60,452 bases of DNA. Source: an uncultured bacterium. Its GTDB lineage: Bacteria > Verrucomicrobiota > Kiritimatiellia > RFP12 > UBA1067. Below are positions 36,420 to 48,125 of this stretch, piece by piece. The notes below the pieces were generated by a model. It was given only the letters and a program-made list of their open reading frames with translations. It ran no database searches and was not told where the DNA came from. The stretch covers positions 1-60,452 of the forward strand of contig CAIZQW010000085.1 of assembly GCA_903935195.1 (NCBI GenBank). The letters run 5' to 3'. Numbering within the stretch: the first letter of the stretch is position 1; each line of letters starts with the position of its first letter. Both the position numbers and the translations under genes were made by a program.

Positions 36420-38191
36420 AGACGCTCTCCTTGTTTCGATGGGTCAAAGACCGAGGGATCAATGTGAAGGCCGCGACTCTTCAAATGTTCATAGAAGGTA
36501 GGAACTGCACCTGTCGGCATGAACTGCCCAACAACCTTGTGATTATCATCAAGCCCGGTTTGCTTATATTCAAAGATATCCTGCATGACCACTTGCTGTC
36601 CCTCAAGCCCCACCACTTCCGAGATACAGACTACCTTGCGAGAGCCGTCACTCAAACGTGATTCATGGACAACAATATCAATGGCCGAAGCAATCTGTTC
36701 ACGGATCGCCCGCGACGGAAGCTCCATCCCCGACATGAGCACCATGGTCTCCAAACGAGAGATCACGTCGCGCGGCGAATTGGCATGGACCGTGGTGAGC
36801 GAACCATCATGTCCCGTGTTCATCGCTTGCAACATATCCAAAGACTCACCGCCTCGACATTCACCAACGATCACGCGGTCAGGACGCATACGAAGTGCAT
36901 TGCGGACCAAGTCACGAATCGCAATGGCACCCCGGCCTTCAATGTTCGGAGGCCTCGCCTCAAGCCGGATGACATGGGGCTGCACAAGGCGCAATTCAGC
37001 AGCATCCTCAATGGTCACGATGCGATCAGATTCTGGAATAAAACTGCTGAGCACATTCAACAGGGTTGTCTTTCCTGATCCCGTACCACCCGCGACGACA
37101 ATGTTCTTGCGCATCAGCACGCAAAGCCGTAAGAAATCAGAGGCATTACGCGTCCACGTATTGAAACGAATTAAATCCTCAACCGTCAACGGTTTTTTGG
37201 AAAATTTACGAATCGTGATGCACGGACCAATCAAAGAGAGGGGCGCGATAATCGCATTGACACGCGAACCATCTGGTAACCGAGCATCCACATACGGCTG
37301 ACTTTCATCAATGCGCCGGCCGATGGGTGAGACAATACGCTCAATGACCCCCAGCACCGACTCATCATCCATAAAGGTCTGGTTCGTCAACTCCAGCTTT
37401 CCTCTGCGTTCAACATAGACCTGATTGGGTCCATTGACCATAATTTCCGTGATACTCTCATCCGCTAAAAAGTCTTCAAGAGGCCCCAGTCGCATCGCCT
37501 CGTCATAAATTTCCTTCTCGAGACGCAAGGGATCAATACCACGCGGTAAGGTGTTTTTCCGTTGAACCTCCGCAATGATCGCTTTAATGGTCTCCCGGGC
37601 CTTAGTTTGGAGTTCTTCCGCCCCTATATGCGTAGCCGTCATCCGCTTGAGATCCATACGCTGAACCAACTGCGAATGGATCTGGGTCTTGATCTCACGC
37701 ATGAGAATAACACGAGGATCACGCAGCTGTGGTAATGAGACAGCCGGCTGAGCCTCTGTCTGTGGCGTTGAAAGTGGTTTTGCGAGCACCACCGCTGGGG
37801 GCTGCTGTTGTACAGGAGGAGGTTGCAGTGGCTGTTCTATAGATTTTTTGACTTCAACGGGGGCGGGGACTTCCAATGATGCTTCAAGAGGCTTTTGAGC
37901 GTCATCTGAACTCACACGCAACAAACAGGGGCCGACGCCGATGACACTATCCGAACGGACCGGCACCTTTTCTTGAATAGATACGCCATTGATGGTCACG
38001 CCATTACTTGAACCTAAATCCTTTATAAAAACCAAGTTCCCATGAAGAATAAGGCACGCATGGCGCTCACTAATCTCTGGATGACGCAACCTGATTTGAC
38101 AGGTATCACCCCGCCCAATAAAATATTCACCGTCAGGCAAATCAAAACGGCGAGAGGCTTGACCAGGGTTGACAATATCAAGATGAAACAT
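36416..38191 (-). CDS. FHA-domain-fused CpaF/TadA-type secretion ATPase
   Basis: The FHA block is 'YFIGRGDTCQIRLRHPEISERHACLILHGNLVFIKDLGSSNGVTING'. A Pro/Gln-rich linker follows. ATPase blocks are Walker A 'VAGGTGSGKTTLLN', 'TIEDAAEL' and 'GHDGSLTTVHAN'. The ATG at 38191 is preferred over the TTG at 38227. Confidence 0.85.
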   Translation of the reverse strand: MFHLDIVNPGQASRRFDLPDGEYFIGRGDTCQIRLRHPEISERHACLILHGNLVFIKDLGSSNGVTINGVSIQEKVPVRSDSVIGVGPCLLRVSSDDAQKPLEASLEVPAPVEVKKSIEQPLQPPPVQQQPPAVVLAKPLSTPQTEAQPAVSLPQLRDPRVILMREIKTQIHSQLVQRMDLKRMTATHIGAEELQTKARETIKAIIAEVQRKNTLPRGIDPLRLEKEIYDEAMRLGPLEDFLADESITEIMVNGPNQVYVERRGKLELTNQTFMDDESVLGVIERIVSPIGRRIDESQPYVDARLPDGSRVNAIIAPLSLIGPCITIRKFSKKPLTVEDLIRFNTWTRNASDFLRLCVLMRKNIVVAGGTGSGKTTLLNVLSSFIPESDRIVTIEDAAELRLVQPHVIRLEARPPNIEGRGAIAIRDLVRNALRMRPDRVIVGECRGGESLDMLQAMNTGHDGSLTTVHANSPRDVISRLETMVLMSGMELPSRAIREQIASAIDIVVHESRLSDGSRKVVCISEVVGLEGQQVVMQDIFEYKQTGLDDNHKVVGQFMPTGAVPTFYEHLKSRGLHIDPSVFDPSKQGERL

Positions 38192-38247
38192 GAGGGATCC
38201 AATCGGGGTTAGCGTTGACAAGAACAACCACGTGAATTCAAAACATC

Positions 38248-39066
38248 TTAGCGACGCGGTGCAGCCATTTTGTTTTTTTGACGAATCTCGTTTAATTGTC
38301 CAATCGTCTCTTGAATTTTCTCAAAGTTCACGCGTGGCAATTCCGACTCGGTGTAGACATCTGCAGGATTTCGCAACGCCAGAAAGATTCTCCCCTTAAT
38401 CTGTTCAGAAAAAACCAACATCTCTGCTTCGCGGGGTGTCACCTCTAGCGTGACCGTATTATAGTTGCCTCCCGAGGTTTTCTCGCCCAAGACACGTGCG
38501 TTTGCGGTCTCCTTGCCTGTTGCAAGGATGAGCACATTCTGCAAGATCGTTAAGGTCACTAATTCCATTTCGCCAGGAACCTTCTTAGAGGGAAAAGAGA
38601 ACGTTCCTAGAACATCCACGTGATCATTGGGTGTCACCATGCCACTCACCGCAGCCGCGCCAGCTACATTCACCGAGATCGCGCGCCGACCATTTGCCAG
38701 AGTTTCGGCAAGTCGACGTGACAAGAGATCACCTTCTTTGATATCAGCCCAACCAATAATCTGTTTTTCATCAACCGCATGAGCGAGTTCACGGCCAATC
38801 AGAGCAATGGCATCCTTTGCCAGTACCACACGCCCGCGCACGTGACTCTCGATCGCTTTTGCTCCTCCAAAATCTTCCCACGTAAGTCTGGTTCCAGAAG
38901 GCAAGGCTTTACTCGCGACACACACTTCAATCATCGCATTGCGCTTGTTGAATTCAGCTTTCATCCTTTCAATTTCACGATCCTTCTCGTTCAAATAGGA
39001 ACGCGTCAACAACGCAGCTAACAAGCCAATGACAACAGAGGCGATCAAAACTAATTTTTGCTTCAT
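38248..39066 (-). CDS. Flp pilus assembly protein CpaB/RcpC-like
   Basis: ~272 aa from the ATG at 39066 (ORF-track start is GTG at 39081). It has an N-terminal TM anchor 'MKQKLVLIASVVIGLLAALL' followed by a SAF-like domain. It lies directly upstream of the CpaF-like gene. Confidence 0.7.
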   Translation of the reverse strand: MKQKLVLIASVVIGLLAALLTRSYLNEKDREIERMKAEFNKRNAMIEVCVASKALPSGTRLTWEDFGGAKAIESHVRGRVVLAKDAIALIGRELAHAVDEKQIIGWADIKEGDLLSRRLAETLANGRRAISVNVAGAAAVSGMVTPNDHVDVLGTFSFPSKKVPGEMELVTLTILQNVLILATGKETANARVLGEKTSGGNYNTVTLEVTPREAEMLVFSEQIKGRIFLALRNPADVYTESELPRVNFEKIQETIGQLNEIRQKNKMAAPRR

Positions 39067-39123
39067 ATATGAAATCTCCACAAAGCTAATGTTTCGTTAT
39101 TGTATTCCATTGCCGAGGCGTAT

Positions 39124-39882
39124 TCAACCATAAACCTCAGAACTCTCCCAAATACATCCCAACCCAAAGAGTGTCAAATCTTGATCAATAACAAAGTCCA
39201 TCCCGGACCCTTCAAGCGCCCAACGGGCATATCCGCCTGTTGCAACCAGCTTAAATTTCTGTCCGACGTTCTTTTTTAAGTACGTGACGATCTCACGAAC
39301 CATGCCCCGATATCCGATCTGTGCGCCAATGCGCATGGCTTGTTGCGTGGATCGTCCAACCTGCGGGCATTCGCCTGTAAATTCGACTCTCGGCAAAAGC
39401 GCTGTCCGCTCGTACAAATAATCGGACATCAACGGAAGCCCTGGAGTGATCACACCCCCGATATAGCGGTGATCGCGCGTAATGACATCAAAGGTCAGCG
39501 CCGTACCGAAATCAGCGACAATGAGTGGTGCGCCATAACGCCTGACGCCCCCTACTGCATCAGCCAGACGGTCCGCCCCTATCGTCTCAGGCTCTGGATA
39601 ATCAATCGCGACATCCATCTTGACTCCCGCCTTGACGATCAGAAGGTCGCATCCCAGTTCATGCTTGATCATTCTTTTCCAGGCTGGATTCACGCCAGGA
39701 ACAACCGAACCTAAAACTGCACCATTGACCATGCCGCGAGCAGCCTTGCGAACCGCTTCCGCGCAAGCCTCAGACTGTTTACGTATGCCACCTTTGAGAT
39801 GGGTCACACGTGAGATCTTGCCATTATCGTATAAGGCAATCCCCGTCGAGGTATTTCCCACATCAATAACGATTAGTTTCAT
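39124..39882 (-). CDS. coaX: type III pantothenate kinase
   Basis: 252 aa. Motifs are 'MKLIVIDVGNTSTGIAL', 'GADRLADAVG' and 'IVADFGTALTFD'. Confidence 0.85.
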   Translation of the reverse strand: MKLIVIDVGNTSTGIALYDNGKISRVTHLKGGIRKQSEACAEAVRKAARGMVNGAVLGSVVPGVNPAWKRMIKHELGCDLLIVKAGVKMDVAIDYPEPETIGADRLADAVGGVRRYGAPLIVADFGTALTFDVITRDHRYIGGVITPGLPLMSDYLYERTALLPRVEFTGECPQVGRSTQQAMRIGAQIGYRGMVREIVTYLKKNVGQKFKLVATGGYARWALEGSGMDFVIDQDLTLFGLGCIWESSEVYG

Positions 39883-39961
39883 AATGGATTACGGTTTAAC
39901 GTTCGTTTTGAAAAAAGTTCTTTACGGGGTTCATGTTAGCAAAACAACGGGTATTTCTCTA

Positions 39962-41980
39962 TCAAAAAAGCAAGCAGCCCAGTTGGTAAATGACGAAGCA
40001 CACGCAATAGGCCAATAGGGTCATCGCCCCTTGTTGGGCAAAGGCCCAGCCCCAGGACTGGGTCTCCTTGCGAACCGTCGCAAAGGTGGCCACACAGGGC
40101 GTCGCCATCAGGCAGAAGATCATCAGGACATAACCTTGCAGTGGCGAATAGCGTTCCTGCAGGAACTGGCGCAACGGTTTCTCCCCATCAACAGCGGCCA
40201 GGATCGCCAATTGCGAGACGAAAACCTCCTTCGCGGCAAAGGCCCCGACCAAGGCAGAGCTGATGTGCCAGTCAAAGCCGATATGGCGCATGACCGGCTC
40301 GAGCACATAACCGACACGACCGCTGACCGTATCTTCAGGGTGTCCAGTCTTGGGATAGGTTGTCGCTGCCCAGAAAATAATCGAGGCCACTAAGATAATG
40401 GTTCCCGCCTTGTAGATGTAAAGCTGGGCGCGTTCCCAGAGGTGGATTCCAACGCTCTTCAAGGTCGGAAGACGATACGGAGGCAACTCTAGGATAAAGA
40501 GCGAACTCTCACCCTTGAATACTGTTTTACGCATCAGCGCCGCCACAGCGAAGGCGGCAAGTACCCCAATGATGTAGACGGAGAGCAAAACAGGTGCACG
40601 CCATACAGGGGTAAAGAAGGCGGCAATAATTAGCGAGTAGATCGGAAGCTTCGCACCGCAACTCATCAAGGGAACAATAAAGAGTGTCGCCAGACGATCT
40701 CTACGGGATTCGATCATACGCGTGGCCATGATCGCTGGCACACTGCAGCCGAAACCGATCACGAGAGGGATAAAACTCTTACCCTGTAGCCCAACCGCAC
40801 GCATTGCCCGGTCCATAATAAAGGCCGCACGGGCCATATACCCCGTCCCCTCGATCAAAGCAAGGCAGAGGAAGAGCATCAAGATATTGGGCAGAAAGAC
40901 CAGTACCCCGCAAACGCCACCAAGGACGCCATCTAACGCAAGGGAACGTAGTTCAGGGAATCTAGCTTCGGGCCACCAACTTCCCAATAACGCGCCAAGG
41001 CTTGCGAAGGCGGACTCCAGTAGGTGCATCAACGGTTCACTTGCGATAAAGGTCAACGCAAACATCGCATACATAATCAGGAAGAAGATGGGGAGTCCCC
41101 ATATCCGATGCGTGATGACGCGGTCAACGCGCCGGGTGATATCCTCGCGTGAAGGGGCTGCCTGACGCTGACACGCCTGAACGAGGGCGTTGATAATGCC
41201 ATAGCGGAAATCTGAAACCACCTCTTCAGAGGACTCCCCTTGCGCAGCCTCCAGCATGCCGATCTGCTGTTGGACAGTCGTCTGCAGGGCGGGAAACCGC
41301 TTCAAGACCTCCTCTGTCACCGTCGTATCCCTTTCCAGCAACTTCACCGCGATCCATTCCGATGAGGGGGCTGAGGGGAAGAACGGTTTTTCGCGTGAAA
41401 GTTCTTCACTTAATTTGGTAACCGCACGACGCATATGTTCGTCGCCATGATAGTTCCAGTCGGGGATCTTACGCACAAAAGGCCTTTGAACCGTCTCAAG
41501 AACGGCGGCCCTTAACTCATCCATGCCTTTGCCTAAGCGGCCCACGGTCTGAACAACTGCACAGCCGGTCAGCTTCTCCAACTGTTTGACATCAACAAAA
41601 ATCCCTTTCGTCTCCGCCTCATCCGACATATTCAATGCCAGAATGACGGGAAATCCAAGGTTGAGCAACTGGACCGTCAAATAGAGGCTCCGGGTTAACT
41701 TTGTGGAGTCAATGACATTGACCAACACATCAAAGCGCTCTTCCAGCAAGGTCTTCTGGACAATCGTTTCATCCACCGAGGAGGCTGTCAGGGAGTGCGC
41801 CCCAGGAAGATCCGTGATCTCAATCTCAGCATCCTTCCAGGAGCAGGTGCCGGTATGACGTTCGACCGTCACACCGGAATAGTTACCGACATGCTGCCGC
41901 CCGCCGGTCAACGCATTAAAAATCGTTGTCTTGCCGCAGTTGGGCTGTCCCACTAAAGCTATAGAGAGTGCTCTATTCAT
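39962..41980 (-). CDS. feoB: ferrous iron transporter FeoB
   Basis: The N-terminal G-domain is 'IALVGQPNCGKTTIFNALTG', followed by a large polytopic membrane domain. The ATG at 41980 is preferred over the TTG at 41986. Confidence 0.9.
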   Translation of the reverse strand: MNRALSIALVGQPNCGKTTIFNALTGGRQHVGNYSGVTVERHTGTCSWKDAEIEITDLPGAHSLTASSVDETIVQKTLLEERFDVLVNVIDSTKLTRSLYLTVQLLNLGFPVILALNMSDEAETKGIFVDVKQLEKLTGCAVVQTVGRLGKGMDELRAAVLETVQRPFVRKIPDWNYHGDEHMRRAVTKLSEELSREKPFFPSAPSSEWIAVKLLERDTTVTEEVLKRFPALQTTVQQQIGMLEAAQGESSEEVVSDFRYGIINALVQACQRQAAPSREDITRRVDRVITHRIWGLPIFFLIMYAMFALTFIASEPLMHLLESAFASLGALLGSWWPEARFPELRSLALDGVLGGVCGVLVFLPNILMLFLCLALIEGTGYMARAAFIMDRAMRAVGLQGKSFIPLVIGFGCSVPAIMATRMIESRRDRLATLFIVPLMSCGAKLPIYSLIIAAFFTPVWRAPVLLSVYIIGVLAAFAVAALMRKTVFKGESSLFILELPPYRLPTLKSVGIHLWERAQLYIYKAGTIILVASIIFWAATTYPKTGHPEDTVSGRVGYVLEPVMRHIGFDWHISSALVGAFAAKEVFVSQLAILAAVDGEKPLRQFLQERYSPLQGYVLMIFCLMATPCVATFATVRKETQSWGWAFAQQGAMTLLAYCVCFVIYQLGCLLF

Positions 41981-42019
41981 AACCAATGCCTTTGCATCTG
42001 ACGCTGAAATCCAAAAAGT

Positions 42020-42616
42020 TTATTCACCCGCTTGAAGCTCTACTTGAATCTGCTTCGCCTCTGAGGCACGTAAGGAGAGTTCCGTGTCATTCACAAGAAA
42101 GCTTCGAGGATCCCCCATTGGCGCGATTTTCGATAAACTGACCACAGCTCCTTTGACGAGACCGTAGGGCGCCAGACGTCTTCCGAGCGCCGGCGTGAGA
42201 CTCACAACAACAGCTTCTTCCTCAGGGAGAAGCGCATCCAAGGACTTGATGTTCACAAAAGCGGTGAGCCGTTCCAAAGCCAGATCATCCAATTCATGCT
42301 CAAGCTTACACGCAAGCGTATCCGCATGTTCTGCCGGCAACTTCAAGCACTGCGTGAGAAAGCATTTCAGAGTCTCATGCTTCTTCATCACCTTCGTCGC
42401 GATCTGGGTTCCTTTACGCGTCAGCTCAACCGGATGATACGACTCATATTGAACAAGCCCCTTCTCCGCCAGCGACTTGAGCGTCGCGGTCACTGACGGC
42501 TTCTTAACGCCCAACTGACGCGCAATATCACTCACATGCGCATGGCCCTCCTTCTCGGCGAGCTTGGCGATAATTTCAAGACAATCTTCTGTGCTGGAAG
42601 TCGTTAAAGAGTTCAT
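42020..42616 (-). CDS. DtxR/IdeR-family iron-dependent repressor with a C-terminal FeoA (SH3-like) domain
   Basis: 198 aa. The HTH is 'VSDIARQLGVKKPSVTATLKSLAEKGLV'. The metal-site block 'LACKLEHELDD' matches DtxR 'ACRWEHVMSD' (Cys-x-x-Glu-His). The C-terminal FeoA-like block is 'VVVSLTPALGRRLAPYGLVKGAVVSL...LSLRASEAKQIQVEL'. It ends 33 nt upstream of feoB. Confidence 0.8.
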   Translation of the reverse strand: MNSLTTSSTEDCLEIIAKLAEKEGHAHVSDIARQLGVKKPSVTATLKSLAEKGLVQYESYHPVELTRKGTQIATKVMKKHETLKCFLTQCLKLPAEHADTLACKLEHELDDLALERLTAFVNIKSLDALLPEEEAVVVSLTPALGRRLAPYGLVKGAVVSLSKIAPMGDPRSFLVNDTELSLRASEAKQIQVELQAGE

Positions 42617-42622
42617 GTCAGA

Positions 42623-42642
42623 ATGTTAGCAGAACCTAACAT
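42623..42642. promoter_or_regulatory. 20-bp inverted repeat ATGTTAG-N6-CTAACAT; candidate DtxR-type operator
   Basis: The arms are a perfect 7 bp. The half-sites GTTAG/CTAAC resemble the DtxR/IdeR consensus TTAGGTTAGCCTAACCTAA but have a wider spacer. The site lies 7-26 nt upstream of the regulator ATG. Confidence 0.4.
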
Positions 42643-42672
42643 GTTCGTCAAGGTGAACGGGGGTACCCATAC

Positions 42673-42695
42673 TGGAATATTCCATTATTCCATTC
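42673..42695. repeat. TGGAATATTCCA palindrome plus ATTCCA repeats at 8-bp period
   Basis: The 12-bp perfect palindrome is at 42673-42684. ATTCCA occurs at 42679-42684 and 42687-42692. Read on the minus strand, the sequence is GAATGGAATAATGGAATATTCCA. It lies 57-79 nt upstream of the DtxR-like gene. Confidence 0.5.
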
Positions 42696-42766
42696 TCTCA
42701 AACAAGGTCTTGACCTCTCAGGACGAATATGAGAATGTTTTCACACAATTTTAAAAGGAACACATT

Positions 42767-43459
42767 ATGGCTGAACTGATTGTTGCATTGGATCTCGCCT
42801 CAACCGCTGAGGTGAAAAAGATGATTGAGCTTTTGGGCAATACCGTCGATTTCTATAAAATCGGACTAGAACTCTTCAGCGCTGAAGGCCCTGATGTGGT
42901 CCGTGCCGTGAAAGCCTATAACAAGAAGGTCTTTCTGGATCTGAAGCTGCACGACATTCCGCGCACGGTCGAACGTGCGGTCACCAGCGGCGCCGCACTG
43001 GGTGTGGACCTGATGACGATTCACTCGGTGGGTGGACGCGCCATGATTAAGGCTGCCAAGGACGCTGCGCTCGCCGCAGGAGCCCATGCGCCTAAAATTT
43101 TGGCGGTCACGGCGCTCACGAGTCTGGATCAAAGCGATCTGACTGATATTGGGGTTCTGCGTGAGATGAAGGCCCAAGTCGAAGCCATGGGACTCCTCGC
43201 CTGCTCTAATGGTGCTGACGGTATTGTCTGCTCGCCTAAGGAAGTGGCCAACATGCGCCGCATCCTGGGTCCCGCAGCCCTACTCGTCACCCCGGGTGTG
43301 CGTCCGGCCGGAGCCGATGTCGGCGACCAGAAGCGCGTCGCTACCCCTGGACAGGCTGTCCGTGACGGCTCTACGCATCTCGTGGTCGGCCGCCCCATCC
43401 TCGAAGCCGCTGATCCCCGCGCCGCCGCTCTCGCGATCGCCGCCGAGATGAAGGCCTAA
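42767..43459 (+). CDS. pyrF: orotidine 5'-phosphate decarboxylase
   Basis: 230 aa. Motifs are 'LIVALDL', 'DLKLHDIPRTV' and 'VVGRPI'. Confidence 0.9.
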   Translation: MAELIVALDLASTAEVKKMIELLGNTVDFYKIGLELFSAEGPDVVRAVKAYNKKVFLDLKLHDIPRTVERAVTSGAALGVDLMTIHSVGGRAMIKAAKDAALAAGAHAPKILAVTALTSLDQSDLTDIGVLREMKAQVEAMGLLACSNGADGIVCSPKEVANMRRILGPAALLVTPGVRPAGADVGDQKRVATPGQAVRDGSTHLVVGRPILEAADPRAAALAIAAEMKA

Positions 43460-43730
43460 AGAACTCTCAGAAAAAGTGCTTGAATAACTTTGTGGTTGCT
43501 AGGAACACAGTTAGGCTCCTCGACCGCTTCGACCTACATTGATCTACGCATACCTGCCACAAAAACGGAGTAGGCTGCATTCTCCGCGTCCATGTTGTAG
43601 CTATCGCAGACATCTGGCCATGGCGGCGTGAACTGGCTAAAAACCGCCTTTTCCAAGGCCGGCACTGCGGTACTGTTGGGTGACTTCCGACCCCTAATAC
43701 CTAAAGTTATAACCCAGACCTCAAATTTAA

Positions 43731-46172
<2,442 letters not shown>

Positions 46173-46191
46173 GCGTCGTAAAGTTGCGATC

Positions 46192-48000
46192 TTAGGAGCT
46201 TTTCTTGGGTTCGTTGGAGCGGGCTTCGAGTTCTGTCCAGCGGGCGAACGTTTTCTCTAATTCATGCTCTGCCTGTTCCAGCCGCGTTTGGGCTTTCCCG
46301 AATGCGGCTGGATCTTTCTGGTAGAGCACGGGATCACAGAGTGTTTCGTGCAGGGCCTTTATTTCCGCTTCCAGCTTTTCAATCACAGCGGGAAGTTCTT
46401 TCAAATCGCGTTGATCCTTATAGTTCATCCGATTTGAAGAAGACTTAACGACAGGCGCGCGTGCTTCGGCTGCTGCTTTGCTGGCCGCTTGCGCTTTTAA
46501 CTCCAACTCTTTGGCGCGCTGCGCAAGCCAATCCGCGTAGCCGCCGGGATAGAGATCTACTGTGCCATCCCCCTCCATCACAAATGTACTTGTCACCACA
46601 TTGTCGAGGAAGGTACGGTCATGGCTCACGAGTAGCAAGGTGCCTTCATAGCCCATCAACTGTTCTTCGAGCAGTTCAAGCGTCTCAATGTCGAGATCGT
46701 TCGTGGGTTCATCCATGACCAGCAGATTACCGGGATTCAAGAAGAGCTTAGCCAGCAGGAGACGGGCGCGTTCACCTCCAGAGAGCGCGCTGACCGGGGT
46801 CCGCGCACGTTCAGGTGTAAAGAGGAAGTCAGCGAGGTAGCCATGCACATGCTTGCGGACGCCACCAATAACCAGCTCCTCCCTGCCCTCCGCGACATTT
46901 TCAATGACGCTCTTGGATAAATCCAATTGGGCGCGTAACTGGTCGAAAAAGGCGATCTCCACACGCGACCCTTCATACACGGTCCCGCTCGTTGGCTGTA
47001 AACGGCCGCAGAGCAAATTCAAGAGCGTGGTCTTCCCGGAACCATTCGGACCAATGATGCCGATACGTTCCCCTCGGAAGATCTTATTGGTGAAGTCATG
47101 GATAATAGGTTTGCACCCTGGATAGGCGAACGCGAGATTCGTAATCTTCAAGACCTGGGCACCAGAGGAACCGCCAGCATCCAACTGCAAGCGACTTGTG
47201 CCGGACTGTGTGCGACGCTGGGAGAACTCCTGGCGAAGCTTCTGCAGGGCCATGACGCGCCCCTCATTACGCGTCGTACGCGCTTTGACGCCGCGACGGA
47301 TCCAAGCCTCTTCTTGGGCAAGCTTCTTGGTCTTGCGCTCCCAAAAAACCTCTTCGTCATTCAATAGATCTTTTTTACGCTGCAGGAAGGTTGCGTAATC
47401 ACAATCCCAGCCCGCAAGCTGACCGCGGTCCAAGTCCAAAACTTTTGTTGCCACGCGCTTCAAAAAGGCACGGTCATGCGTTACGAAAAGACACGCGCAA
47501 CGGCTCCTGCGCAAAAACTCCTCCATCCACTCGATGGACTCGATATCCAAATGGTTCGTCGGTTCATCCAGTAACAGCACATGGGGATCTGACAAGAGCG
47601 CATGAGCTAGGAGAGCACGACGGCGCATGCCGCCAGAAAGGGAATTAAAGAGCTGGTCTCCATCGAGTCCAAGTTGCATCAAATAGCGTGCAGCGCCTGC
47701 ATGGTGTGTATCATGCAAGTGATGGGGCAACCCCTGCTCCACGATATCCAGGACTGTCCCGTCCAAATCCGTCGGCACATCCTGTGTGAGATAGGCGATG
47801 CGCACCCCGGGTTGCTTGATGATTTCACCGGAATCCGGAGTCTGCAAGCCAGCGATAATTTTGAGCAGCGTGGATTTCCCCTCGCCATTTCGACCCGTGA
47901 CGCAGGCGCGATCCCCCTCTTCAATCGAGAAACTGACATCGTCCAAGACGAGAGGTCCGCCATATTGCATTGAAATATTACGTAACGATAATAAAGCCAT
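46192..48000 (-). CDS. ABC-F family ATPase (Uup-like, two ABC cassettes + C-terminal coiled coil)
   Basis: 602 aa with no TM segments. Walker A motifs are 'GRNGEGKST' and 'GPNGSGKTT'. Signature motifs are 'LSGGMRRR' and 'LSGGERAR'. The tail is charged and helical. Confidence 0.9.
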   Translation of the reverse strand: MALLSLRNISMQYGGPLVLDDVSFSIEEGDRACVTGRNGEGKSTLLKIIAGLQTPDSGEIIKQPGVRIAYLTQDVPTDLDGTVLDIVEQGLPHHLHDTHHAGAARYLMQLGLDGDQLFNSLSGGMRRRALLAHALLSDPHVLLLDEPTNHLDIESIEWMEEFLRRSRCACLFVTHDRAFLKRVATKVLDLDRGQLAGWDCDYATFLQRKKDLLNDEEVFWERKTKKLAQEEAWIRRGVKARTTRNEGRVMALQKLRQEFSQRRTQSGTSRLQLDAGGSSGAQVLKITNLAFAYPGCKPIIHDFTNKIFRGERIGIIGPNGSGKTTLLNLLCGRLQPTSGTVYEGSRVEIAFFDQLRAQLDLSKSVIENVAEGREELVIGGVRKHVHGYLADFLFTPERARTPVSALSGGERARLLLAKLFLNPGNLLVMDEPTNDLDIETLELLEEQLMGYEGTLLLVSHDRTFLDNVVTSTFVMEGDGTVDLYPGGYADWLAQRAKELELKAQAASKAAAEARAPVVKSSSNRMNYKDQRDLKELPAVIEKLEAEIKALHETLCDPVLYQKDPAAFGKAQTRLEQAEHELEKTFARWTELEARSNEPKKSS

Positions 48001-48125
48001 AAGTGTAAGTTAAAAGTGAAAGGTTTCAAGTGAAAGGTTGAAACAATCTCATATTCGCGTGGGGAGGTCAAGCACGGGAACAAACTGAATGGGAACATTT
48101 TTAGGAGCCCCACGGCGTGGCAATG

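Noticed and set aside
38192-39123. Search for a hidden Flp-type pilin ORF in the gaps around the CpaB-like gene.
   Set aside because: The gaps are only ~20-57 nt, which is too short for even a 40-aa prepilin. None can be called from this window.
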